A DNA stretch of 54,155 bases, taken from the IMG/VR virus record IMGVR_UViG_3300022602_000132, positions 1-54,155 of that record. One strand, given 5' to 3'. This stretch comes from a virus. Taxonomy: Duplodnaviria; Caudoviricetes. Shown here in pieces: positions 1 through 9,910 of this stretch (position 1 is its first letter; each line of letters begins with the position of its first letter). The notes below the pieces were generated by a model. It was not told the origin of the DNA and made no database searches. It saw only the letters and a program-made list of their open reading frames with translations. The translations under genes were made by a program, and so were the position numbers.

Positions 1-1
1 A

Positions 2-3000
2 ATAGGTCAAGATATTATTAAAATTGGAACAAAGGTTCTCGAACTGGGAAATAAGATATCAAGCATATTCCAAGGCTTGCCAGGCCCAGTAAAGTTCTTC
101 TTAGGGCTTTTGGCGGGACTCACAGTAATAGCTGGACCTATTATCATGTTAACTGGTCTTATGGCTAACTTTGTTGGAAACATACTTAAGGGTGTTATTA
201 ACTTAAAAGACCTTATAAGTGGTGGAAAAACAATGCGTCAATTGTTCACTCCAGAATTAGTAGCAGCACAAAATGCAACATATTTATTTGCAGATGGATT
301 AAAGGGCGATGTTGATCAAGTTCAACTTCTAACACAAGCTATTGAAGATTTAACTGCAAAGCTTGGATTAATGAAAGATCAGATGAGTGTTGGAGCAGGA
401 ATTGATAATCTTAAATCTGCTGTTGGAGCTACTGCACAAGTTGAAACAAGCATATTTGAACAAATGGCATTACCAGGATTTGCAGGTGGCGGAATAATAT
501 CTGGCCCTGGGTCGGGAACTTCAGATAGCATTCTTGCAAGAGTTTCTAATGGTGAAACAATTCTTACTGCAGAACAAACAAGAAAAAATGCAGGTGTTAT
601 TGCAGATATCATTACTGGAAGACATATTCCAGGGTATGCTGATGGAAATATTGATCCTACAAGTTTTGTTGAAACATTTATGTCAACCAATAATCGAAAA
701 GGAAGACCAAATGTACAAATTGGGGATGAAGTTCCAGAAAACTTAAGATCATCAGTAAGTGATTGGTTGAAACAATGGTTAACTAATCAAGTAAGATCAA
801 TACAAGAAGCAAACCCAAATATAAACAAAACTGACCTTACAACGGCATTGCGTAGAGCATATCATAATTCTGAAATATCAATAGAAGAAATACCTCAAGA
901 ATTACAAGGATTTTTTCAAAACATTAAAGATGAAATGGGAAAGAATTTAAGTCCAAGACAATTTGTTCAAAAATCTTTTAGAACTTTACAAAATAGACCA
1001 GATTTTGCTCACGCTAGCGAAACTCCTAGCATAACACCTTCTAGTGGCGATATTAAATTTACCCAAGCTTGGCAAGATGAGCATATTGCAGACCCAAAAG
1101 TAAAAAATGATTTACAATTAATTAGCCAAACTCCTGAATTACAAAATGTAAATGTAGGGTTTAAGGGTAGTTGGGGATACTCTCAAGCTCATGCATTGAA
1201 TAACCGTATGCAGGGTAATGCACCTGTGCCAGTTTCAGAGTTTAATACAGACTTTTTAAGTCGTGGTGTAGAAAAGTGGAACGATTCTTTCAAGGTAATT
1301 GGAAAAAAGATAACAGACTTATCGCAAGAATCACAAGATGCTTTAACAGAATATGACAATAATATTAAAGAAGGTCTTGAGCAATTCGCACAATCAAGTG
1401 CAGATGGTTTAATTAGACAAAGTGATTTTGATGCAATTGAAAGAGAAGCAAGAGAAAACCTTCCAGCCAATTTAAAGGGTATTGTTGACAATTTAGATAA
1501 TACTATAAGTGAAATTAGGGCAACAACAGCTGACCCAGTAGCCCTTGCTAAAATTAATGAGCTTAAGCAAAGCGGAGCTTGGAGCTATGCTGCTCAAGCA
1601 GAGTCGGGTAAGCGAATAGGTTTGGGTGCAAGCTCTACTACTGCTTTTAGAAAAGTTGGTAAAAATACTGGTGTTGCAGGAGTAGGAAATTTTTCTGATG
1701 ATATTGATGAGCAAAGAGAAATAGTTAAACGTACACAAGAAATTAATAGCCCGTCAGAAGTTTGGGCAAATGAAGTAGGAAAGCCTATTGCACAAGGAAT
1801 TGGTAAAGGATTTACGGAAACAATTTCTTCTGTTGGCTCACAAATGCATGAAGATCTATTAAATTTTATACCTGAAATTAAAGCAATTGCTCCAATGACA
1901 GAAGAAGCTTCTCAAAAAATTGGTAGTTCAATGTTGGCTGGAATTACCGTTCCACTTAATACATTAGGTGGGGCAGTTCAAGAAAAATTCATGCAAATGG
2001 CTGCACAAATTACAGCCGAAGGTCCTGCATTAACTGAAGCAATTGTTGCACCTGTAGAAGCTGCAAATGTTGAAATTCAGGATATGCAAATGGAGCTTCC
2101 ATTATCTTCTTCGCAGACACCTGATTTAACACCTCAAGTTGGCCCAAGAATGGCAAATGGTGGATTCTATTCTAATGAAATTGCTCCAGGAATAAGCGGT
2201 ACTGCTGAAGAAGCAGCAAATGCAGATGCTGAAGCAACATCTAAATTAGCTAAGGCAAAAGAATCTTTATTAAAGAAGGTTCAAAAAGAAGACGGATCAA
2301 TGAAAGCATCTGTAAGGGGCGGATTAGGTATGGCTGCAATGGTAGGCGGTCAAGCTATTGCTTCAAATTTGCCACAAGGAAGTATTGCTCAATCAGCAGC
2401 AAGTAATATGTCAACTTATGTAGGAATGGGATCAATGTTTGGCCCAGAAGGTGCTGCAGCAGGTGCAGCAGTAGGTGCGTTGGCAACAGCAATTCAAATT
2501 ATGGGCAATAATGCTAAACGATCAGCACAAGCATGGATGGATACCCAGTCTTCATCAGCAGCAGACTTGCAAATGTTAGGTGGAGTTGCAAATGCAACAG
2601 TTCCAAGATTTAGTGCTCTTGCAACAACAACACAAACAGCGGGTGATAATGCAGCTACAGCTGCTGGACAAATTGGTGGTCTTGCCACAACATTTGGTGC
2701 TTTTGCTCCAAAAGTAAATGCAATGATAAATTCTATAAATCAGTTGCCAGATACTGATCCAGAAAAACAACTTAACAAGCAATTGAAAAGTTATGGTGAT
2801 ACCTCAGCAATAGGAACACTTAAAACTTCGGTTTTAAATAAGCTTTCAACAAATCAAATGTCGCCAGATGACATGAAAGCTTATGTTGCAGCACAACTTC
2901 AATTGGCTGGAAAGATGTCTGATTATGGTGCAGCAATGAAAGAAATTACTGCATCAACTGGATATCAAGAAAAGAAAGACAAAAATGGAAACGTTACATA

Positions 3001-4333
3001 TTCAGTAGATTATTCCAAAATTGCACAAAATACTGCGGGATTGTATGTAAATCAAAAAGATTTTCAACAAGGAACAAATATGGCGGTATATGCAGCAACT
3101 GGCGGTAATGCTGGTTTTGATAAGAAGATTAATATGAATAAGGGCGGTCCGTCTGCAGCTAGTTCCTACAATCAGCTGAACGGAGGTTTCATGAATACAG
3201 CTATTCTAGAAACATCTTCTCAATCAGCAAAAGCTTTTGCAGATCATATGGGCGATGTTGCAGCTGCTGCAACTAATGGAACTATGTCGTATGCTCAACT
3301 TACAGCAACTCTTAAAGGATTAAAATCAAGTACAGATGATACGGGAGCATCATTTACTGCTTTGTATCAAAAATCAATGGCAGGAACTTCAGATGTAAAA
3401 AATAATTTTACTAGTGCGATGGATATTATAAAAAAATCTGGCAAACAATATTCAGCTTCCCTATCTTTGGAAATTCAAACACTTTTGGCTGCAGGAGTTA
3501 ATGAAAAAACATTAAATGATTGGATTACAACAGCTAAAAAAACAGGTGAAAAAGTAGGTGTAACCCTTAGCTCAACTATATCTGATAAGATGGATGCTTA
3601 TTTCAATAGCCCAAAAGGAAAAGAAGCTATAGCATCATTAAATTCAGGTCAAACTGGGTATAACGCCGCAACTGGCGATGATGGCCATAACCCACCTCCT
3701 GATTCAACTCCAGCACCATTTACAGGAACTACTGCAGAAAAAGCAGCCCAAAAGCAAATTCAAGGTAATTTGGATGCTCAAAATGCACAATTAAAAATTG
3801 CAAAAGATCAATTATCTATGCAACAAAAAATTTCTCAAGAAAATAAAGCACAACTACAATATCAGCAACAAATTACAGGCTTGCAGAATGATATGAAAAC
3901 TGCTATGATTAGTGGTAATTATTTGCAAGCAGCTTCATTAAAGCAGCAAATTTCTGGTGCAAGAGTTGATTTTAATGCTACATCTGTTCAGCAAAAAATG
4001 CAAGATCAAGTTGATACAATGCAGTCAAATGCTGATTTAATTAATCAGGGATTGCAAGATTTAAAGGATGCTATTTCTAATGGTGTATCAAGTCTTAGCA
4101 AAATGCCTGCATCTGTTGCAAAAGCTCAAGCACTAGCAACTGTAAATTCACAAGATTTAGCTGCTGGGGTAGCAACAGGTCAGGGAGCAACTGTTACAAC
4201 AATTATTCAAGTAACAGGAACCGTCACTGGTACTTCAACTCAAAGTTCTCATCCAGGCACAAAATCTTCTGTTCAGGTTTCGGGTAGCGGGGTAAATTCA
4301 AATGGATCAAAAGCTTTGGCAGGAAGAAATTAA
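2..4333 (+). CDS. Tail tape measure protein, 5'-truncated by the window edge
   Basis: Frame is open from position 2 (IGQDIIKIGTKV...). Long Ala/Gly/Gln-rich helical protein with the TMP-typical motif GFAGGGIISGPGSGTSDSILARVSNGE and a C-terminal coiled coil; precedes tail genes. Confidence 0.85.
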   Translation: MGQDIIKIGTKVLELGNKISSIFQGLPGPVKFFLGLLAGLTVIAGPIIMLTGLMANFVGNILKGVINLKDLISGGKTMRQLFTPELVAAQNATYLFADGLKGDVDQVQLLTQAIEDLTAKLGLMKDQMSVGAGIDNLKSAVGATAQVETSIFEQMALPGFAGGGIISGPGSGTSDSILARVSNGETILTAEQTRKNAGVIADIITGRHIPGYADGNIDPTSFVETFMSTNNRKGRPNVQIGDEVPENLRSSVSDWLKQWLTNQVRSIQEANPNINKTDLTTALRRAYHNSEISIEEIPQELQGFFQNIKDEMGKNLSPRQFVQKSFRTLQNRPDFAHASETPSITPSSGDIKFTQAWQDEHIADPKVKNDLQLISQTPELQNVNVGFKGSWGYSQAHALNNRMQGNAPVPVSEFNTDFLSRGVEKWNDSFKVIGKKITDLSQESQDALTEYDNNIKEGLEQFAQSSADGLIRQSDFDAIEREARENLPANLKGIVDNLDNTISEIRATTADPVALAKINELKQSGAWSYAAQAESGKRIGLGASSTTAFRKVGKNTGVAGVGNFSDDIDEQREIVKRTQEINSPSEVWANEVGKPIAQGIGKGFTETISSVGSQMHEDLLNFIPEIKAIAPMTEEASQKIGSSMLAGITVPLNTLGGAVQEKFMQMAAQITAEGPALTEAIVAPVEAANVEIQDMQMELPLSSSQTPDLTPQVGPRMANGGFYSNEIAPGISGTAEEAANADAEATSKLAKAKESLLKKVQKEDGSMKASVRGGLGMAAMVGGQAIASNLPQGSIAQSAASNMSTYVGMGSMFGPEGAAAGAAVGALATAIQIMGNNAKRSAQAWMDTQSSSAADLQMLGGVANATVPRFSALATTTQTAGDNAATAAGQIGGLATTFGAFAPKVNAMINSINQLPDTDPEKQLNKQLKSYGDTSAIGTLKTSVLNKLSTNQMSPDDMKAYVAAQLQLAGKMSDYGAAMKEITASTGYQEKKDKNGNVTYSVDYSKIAQNTAGLYVNQKDFQQGTNMAVYAATGGNAGFDKKINMNKGGPSAASSYNQLNGGFMNTAILETSSQSAKAFADHMGDVAAAATNGTMSYAQLTATLKGLKSSTDDTGASFTALYQKSMAGTSDVKNNFTSAMDIIKKSGKQYSASLSLEIQTLLAAGVNEKTLNDWITTAKKTGEKVGVTLSSTISDKMDAYFNSPKGKEAIASLNSGQTGYNAATGDDGHNPPPDSTPAPFTGTTAEKAAQKQIQGNLDAQNAQLKIAKDQLSMQQKISQENKAQLQYQQQITGLQNDMKTAMISGNYLQAASLKQQISGARVDFNATSVQQKMQDQVDTMQSNADLINQGLQDLKDAISNGVSSLSKMPASVAKAQALATVNSQDLAAGVATGQGATVTTIIQVTGTVTGTSTQSSHPGTKSSVQVSGSGVNSNGSKALAGRN

Positions 4334-4342
4334 GGAGATAAA

Positions 4343-4876
4343 ATGGCATATCAAATAGCACAAGGAGTTCAGGTATCCATAGATGGATCGAATTGGTATG
4401 CTTTGACAGATCATAATCGTCAACCAATAAGCATTACTTATAACTTAGTTGAGCAAGCAGATAGAATGGCTAATGGAACAATGCGTAAATATGTTATTGC
4501 AAGAAAATTTACTCATAAGGTTTCATGGAAAGATGTTCCAACTTTGGATAGCTATTTAGTGGATGCCCCATCCAATGGCCCAGCTTGGATAAAAGCTTTT
4601 TATGAAGGTAATTATAGCAATCCAGTTTATGTAAGATTTATTTTTGCTCAACAAGAGCCTCAACAAAATAACTATCCAGCTGCAGGAACTTATACTTCCT
4701 CTCAAAATCAAAATCCAATAGGAACTAATCCACAAACTGGTAATGCTTGGAATGTTTATCAAGCTTTTATGACTACATTTACATATGACATAACAAAAAG
4801 AATGAAAGGCAATGCCATAACGGGCGGAGTTGGTTATGATCATGTTGATGTTACAATAGAATTTACGGAGGTATAA
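4343..4876 (+). CDS. Minor tail protein (distal-tail-like)
   Basis: Immediately after TMP, AAGGAG SD, 'DRMANGTMRKY' and terminal 'VTIEFTEV', typical of Dit-like proteins. Confidence 0.6.
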   Translation: MAYQIAQGVQVSIDGSNWYALTDHNRQPISITYNLVEQADRMANGTMRKYVIARKFTHKVSWKDVPTLDSYLVDAPSNGPAWIKAFYEGNYSNPVYVRFIFAQQEPQQNNYPAAGTYTSSQNQNPIGTNPQTGNAWNVYQAFMTTFTYDITKRMKGNAITGGVGYDHVDVTIEFTEV

Positions 4877-7800
4877 TGTTAAATAGTCAATACGCAAACG
4901 TATTCTCTGGAACAAACCCCGCAACATCTGTAACTTTAACACCAGTGGTGTCTGCAGAATGGAATCAAAATTTATTCAATCAACCATATATTACGGTAGC
5001 AGGAAATGGAATACCAGAAGATAACACTGGCAATCCTTCAGCAGTGGGAGTAAATGATGATAGAACAACATTCCCAATAACAGTAAATACATCTCAGGCT
5101 TCAGACCAAAACTCTTATGTGGGAATTGAAACTAAAAAGTTTTCGATGAGCACTAATCAATCTATACTTTCTTATTCTATTAGTACGGCAAATAGTTCTC
5201 CAGCTTATAAAATTATTACTTACATCCAAACAGATTCTGATTTGCCAATACAAGCAAACGCCTATGCTTCTGGCGGATCAACTCAGTATGGTTCATCAAC
5301 AATAGATGTAAATGCATTTGGATATGTAAGGTTAATCACATATATTGGTGGGTCTGATTATACTGATGGGATAGGAGAAATAAATTATTCTATATCATTC
5401 AATTCTTATGGTAGCAATGATATAACTTCCCCAATTAATATATATTACACTACCCCACAAGTTTATGAAACAACATTTTTTGATTATCAGTATGGATCAC
5501 TTTGGCCTACCGAAAGCCCATTTGGATTTTTTAGGCCAGGAGAATCATATGTGCCAAGTGGTAATTCCCTGTTTTCTTTCCCATCAAATTATCGTGAAAT
5601 TACGACAAATATAATTAATGGTAAAAGTGGTTTTTATTCACCAGTAACACCAGTTATTCAAAACCCAGGTTTTACTATTGCAACAGCACCAAGTCCTTTG
5701 TATAAACATGTGTTTCCAAGTGATATGTCTGTTTATAAGTATTTTGTTTCTGATAGTGCAACTAATCTTTCAAATTATTCCAACCATCAGTTACCTCAAA
5801 TTACTGCTATTTATGAACCCAAGGTTAATGCTAATAAAATAGTTCTAAAGTTTAATACTCTTCAAACCATTCCAAACATTACGGTAAAAATTGATGGTAC
5901 ATCAATTTGGACGGGCGATGTAAAAAGCTCAGTAACTAATCAAGCAGAATCAGATCAAGGTGTAGTAACGCTATACTATAATGGAGCATCTTGGTCAACA
6001 TCAAAATGGTCTACAATGCCACATTTCAGTTCCACTGGAACTATTACTCCATTGCTTAACTTTAGTAAAATTACAGTTATCCAAAATTCTAAAACTACCA
6101 AATCTGATTTTACTGATTTTGAAAACAGTAGTATATACGTAAGTCAAGATTTAACTGCCATGCATTTGGTAGAAGTTTCCCCAAGAATTGAAATAGATAT
6201 ATCTCCATATGTAATGGAACTTGATATAACAAAGGCTTTGGATTCAAAAAATAACTACATTCCTATTTCTTCAATAAATCCAAATCAAGCTAGCTTAACG
6301 TTGTCTGCTATACCTTTAACTGTTAATGATTCTCCAGTTCCTATTTTTTCAAGTCAAAACCAATCATCTGTTCTTTATGACATGATGAAGAAAAACATTA
6401 AGTTTTATTTTGGCTGGAACTTACAAAACTATTTCCTTAGTGGAGAAAATTATCCTAATGCATACATACCAGCAGGAATATACTGGGCTAGTGCTTGGGA
6501 TGAAACAGATATTCAAACTGTAAAAGTTTCTTGTTTTGACATAGTTAATTATATGCAAACTACCCCAGCACCAGATTATGTTGCAAGCAATAAAAATATT
6601 TTTGATATCTTGACGAATTTGTTTGATTTGGTTGGGTACACAGATTATGACTATGACTCTTTGTATAAAGTTACGCAAGATTCATATACGCCAATGGACA
6701 TGTATTATTTCTTTAGCAACTCCCAGTCTGGAACTCTTTATGACGTAATGTCTGAACTTTTCTTAGCCCATCAAATCGGTGCTTATGTTGATGAGTATGG
6801 TGTTATGAAATTCTTAAGTCTAACAAATATAATGAGATATCACCCAGTTACAACAACATTTAGTGATGCAAGTGTAATTCAAGGCGGTTATTCAATAACC
6901 AATAAGACAAAGCCAGGTTCTATTACTGTAAGTTATCAAGAGCCAAAAGTTACACAATCTCTTGCTTTGCAAAATGCTACTAATCCACTAGTACAAAATT
7001 CTCCATCGTTTATTTATACAACATCTAATGAAGTTGTATGGTCTCAAAAAGACGCAGACTCTGTGGGATCCAACTATCTTTCAGATAGCATGATGCAAGA
7101 AGATAATTATTTTCAAATGAATAACAATAGTCTTCTTGATATTTTTCATACATATCTTTTAAATAATGATGGTTATGCTGTAATTGAAAATGAAATAGTT
7201 TCATTCTTATACAAAGAATACCTACTTCAACAAACAACAGATCCAACAGTTCAACAAAAAGTTTATCCAAAAACAGATCTAGAGCTAAGTGCTGCTATTA
7301 ATGATTTTATAAAACAAAATCAAATTGGTTTTGTTCCCTCAAGTTTTGATATAACTCATGCTGTTGCCAATGGCACATCAATCACATATACTATTGCCAC
7401 GGGCGGACATAATACTTTTCAGGTTGGAATGAATGTATTTATAAGTGAAGTTGTTCCAACACAATTTAACGTTTATGGGTATATAACTGCTGTTACAGAA
7501 AATTCATTTACAATAAAAAGTAGTCTTGCTAGTACCTATAGTTATACTTCGGGTGGTAAAGCAACTGCTTCATTAGGTGATAACAGTTATGACATAACGG
7601 TAACGCCGACTGGCAAAATAGCTAATATTCAAAGAGGTATGTTCGGAACTTTTGCATCAGATCATTTAGTTTTACAATCTGATATATATGAAAAATACTT
7701 GACAGCAAGCAATTGCTCAACAGCAATTGTAAATCAAAGTTTGTCAGTAGAAGATAATCCATCTGTTGCTAAAATAGCAGTAACCCCAAATTCAGGTGAT

Positions 7801-9321
7801 GCTTATATTTACAATAACAATGTAGAAAACCCTGGATTTAATACATACTCATGCAAATTTGATTTAAATGGAATAGATATGTCCAAGGGTGGGGTGTTCT
7901 TTAAATCTGGCGATACAACGTATACTGTAAATCTTTTGCAAATAAATAATTTTACTTCAGAATATGAAGGATCTTCTTTGGCAGCAAACTGGTCTAATCC
8001 TAAAAAATATAATTATTATATAACAGTAAATAAAATTGAAAGTGGAGCTGAATCAATATTGGCGGTTTGTGAAGCTAATGGTATAGCTTTTGATGTTCAG
8101 TCAAGATGGGAAAAGGTTTTAACTAAAGTAAAGCCAACAACAGCAAATCCTCAAGGTTATGCATACTCATATGGGACTGATCAAGAGTATTCGCTAAAAG
8201 TAGTTTTAACTACATCTGACGGAACCGATGGCGAGGTGCCAGGACAGCTTTTAGATGTATACCTAAATAATATTATCATAACTGGATGGCAGATACCAGA
8301 TAACACTGGTAACAACTCTATTATAGATGATGATGGTAACGTAACAACATTAAAGTGGAAATCACCAGGAGTTAACAGTATAACTGGCATAGTTCAGAAA
8401 GTCAATATATCTTCTGATCCAGTTTCATTTGAAGGACAAGGTAATTTTGGATTTGTAACTTCAATAACACCTATGATTCCAGGAACTTTTCCAAATCCAC
8501 CAACGGGTCAAAATTCAGCTGTATCTGCAAATTTAAGAGAAATATATGCTTGCGAAAAACCTTTGATAGAAAGAAGCGTAAGCTATTATTATCAAGATAG
8601 AGAATTTTTAAATGGAATGATTCAGGGAAACAGGTTGTTTAATCAATATAAATCATATATGATGCAAACAAATCCAGAAGTTACAGGAATAAATTATTAT
8701 GATGTTCAATTCCAAACACCTGCAGCTACAAGCGTGGATGTTTTGCCAATCGAGTACCTTTGGTATTATTTTCCAGGCACTCAACCAGTAGATCAACAAT
8801 ACTATCAGAGCCAAATGGTTGATGAATATTCGTTATCATATTCCACACCAATCAATACTGGGTTTAGAGCAAGAATGGCTATAGTAAATAATGTGGGGCA
8901 CATGGTATATCTCACGCATGCATCTGATAGTGTTAATCAATTTACAGTATCATTAAATCTATGGACGCATGAAATAGTTGCTCCGTCCGATGCACAAACA
9001 TTACAAAGAGTTATTGATCAGGCAAATAAAACAGAAGTTATTCAAATTGACTCTCCTTGGATTCAATCCAGACAAACTGCAAACAGAATTATAGATGTTA
9101 TAGCCATAGGAAACGACGGGTTTTCAAAAGACACCCAGCTTCAGGTTTTTGGCAACCCATTGATTCAAGTTGGAGATATAATTAATCTTAGCTATAGTTT
9201 GGCTGGTATTAATAGTGCTAAATACCTAGTGCATCAGGTAGAGCATACATTTAATAAAGGACTAAAGACTACATTAACTATTAACTCGCTCAACAAGTCC
9301 GTAAATCCTACAAATCAATAA
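4876..9321 (+). CDS. Large tail tip/baseplate hub-like protein
   Basis: 1481 aa, position after Dit-like gene, C-terminal 'GNPLIQVGDII...YLVHQVEH' hub-like signature. Confidence 0.65.
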   Translation: MLNSQYANVFSGTNPATSVTLTPVVSAEWNQNLFNQPYITVAGNGIPEDNTGNPSAVGVNDDRTTFPITVNTSQASDQNSYVGIETKKFSMSTNQSILSYSISTANSSPAYKIITYIQTDSDLPIQANAYASGGSTQYGSSTIDVNAFGYVRLITYIGGSDYTDGIGEINYSISFNSYGSNDITSPINIYYTTPQVYETTFFDYQYGSLWPTESPFGFFRPGESYVPSGNSLFSFPSNYREITTNIINGKSGFYSPVTPVIQNPGFTIATAPSPLYKHVFPSDMSVYKYFVSDSATNLSNYSNHQLPQITAIYEPKVNANKIVLKFNTLQTIPNITVKIDGTSIWTGDVKSSVTNQAESDQGVVTLYYNGASWSTSKWSTMPHFSSTGTITPLLNFSKITVIQNSKTTKSDFTDFENSSIYVSQDLTAMHLVEVSPRIEIDISPYVMELDITKALDSKNNYIPISSINPNQASLTLSAIPLTVNDSPVPIFSSQNQSSVLYDMMKKNIKFYFGWNLQNYFLSGENYPNAYIPAGIYWASAWDETDIQTVKVSCFDIVNYMQTTPAPDYVASNKNIFDILTNLFDLVGYTDYDYDSLYKVTQDSYTPMDMYYFFSNSQSGTLYDVMSELFLAHQIGAYVDEYGVMKFLSLTNIMRYHPVTTTFSDASVIQGGYSITNKTKPGSITVSYQEPKVTQSLALQNATNPLVQNSPSFIYTTSNEVVWSQKDADSVGSNYLSDSMMQEDNYFQMNNNSLLDIFHTYLLNNDGYAVIENEIVSFLYKEYLLQQTTDPTVQQKVYPKTDLELSAAINDFIKQNQIGFVPSSFDITHAVANGTSITYTIATGGHNTFQVGMNVFISEVVPTQFNVYGYITAVTENSFTIKSSLASTYSYTSGGKATASLGDNSYDITVTPTGKIANIQRGMFGTFASDHLVLQSDIYEKYLTASNCSTAIVNQSLSVEDNPSVAKIAVTPNSGDAYIYNNNVENPGFNTYSCKFDLNGIDMSKGGVFFKSGDTTYTVNLLQINNFTSEYEGSSLAANWSNPKKYNYYITVNKIESGAESILAVCEANGIAFDVQSRWEKVLTKVKPTTANPQGYAYSYGTDQEYSLKVVLTTSDGTDGEVPGQLLDVYLNNIIITGWQIPDNTGNNSIIDDDGNVTTLKWKSPGVNSITGIVQKVNISSDPVSFEGQGNFGFVTSITPMIPGTFPNPPTGQNSAVSANLREIYACEKPLIERSVSYYYQDREFLNGMIQGNRLFNQYKSYMMQTNPEVTGINYYDVQFQTPAATSVDVLPIEYLWYYFPGTQPVDQQYYQSQMVDEYSLSYSTPINTGFRARMAIVNNVGHMVYLTHASDSVNQFTVSLNLWTHEIVAPSDAQTLQRVIDQANKTEVIQIDSPWIQSRQTANRIIDVIAIGNDGFSKDTQLQVFGNPLIQVGDIINLSYSLAGINSAKYLVHQVEHTFNKGLKTTLTINSLNKSVNPTNQ

Positions 9322-9323
9322 AA

Positions 9324-9334
9324 GCTGGTATAAT
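9324..9334 (+). promoter_or_regulatory. Extended -10 promoter (TGGTATAAT) followed by a (TA)n run
   Basis: gcTGGTATAAT in intergenic gap upstream of AAGGAG SD of 9361. Confidence 0.5.
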
Positions 9335-9360
9335 TTAGTATATATATATAAGGAGAAAAA

Positions 9361-9897
9361 ATGGGATATGTAAAGATTTCTGACCCGAACATACTTGACA
9401 TTGCTGCATGGCAACAGTTAATTAATGTGGTAAACCAGCATAGCGATAGCATCACAGCCCTTACAAACAGCTTTAATGGCACCTCTGGAGCAGCTACAGA
9501 CTGGGGATCTACAACTTGGTCGCACGTCTGGGATCCTGGATCACAAGCAATTGTTTATGGAAAAATTAAATTTACTATTGGTTCAAGCGGAACAGTCACT
9601 GCCCCAGCCAGCGGTGTATCTTATGCAAGCACTGGCGATGTTTATTATGGAGATGCAAGTTTTTCAGATCCAAACATATCGTCTGTTTTTCAATTTTCTT
9701 CTGCACCAGCTATCACTGCTACAATAACAACTCAGAATGCAAGTGGTACAACAGGATATCCAACTACAAATACTGCTGCAATAATAACAACAAGTAATAT
9801 AGGGACGTCGGGATTTAGCTGGAGAGTTACTAGTGCAAGCTCACAAAAATTAAGTGGACAGATTACAGTATATTGGACAGCTATAGGTCCAAGATAA
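9361..9897 (+). CDS. Minor tail protein with C-terminal H-type-lectin/gp53-like beta domain
   Basis: Thr/Ser-rich, ends 'GFSWRV...ITVYWTAIG', typical of this tail domain. Confidence 0.5.
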   Translation: MGYVKISDPNILDIAAWQQLINVVNQHSDSITALTNSFNGTSGAATDWGSTTWSHVWDPGSQAIVYGKIKFTIGSSGTVTAPASGVSYASTGDVYYGDASFSDPNISSVFQFSSAPAITATITTQNASGTTGYPTTNTAAIITTSNIGTSGFSWRVTSASSQKLSGQITVYWTAIGPR

Positions 9898-9910
9898 AGA
9901 GGTGTAGAAC

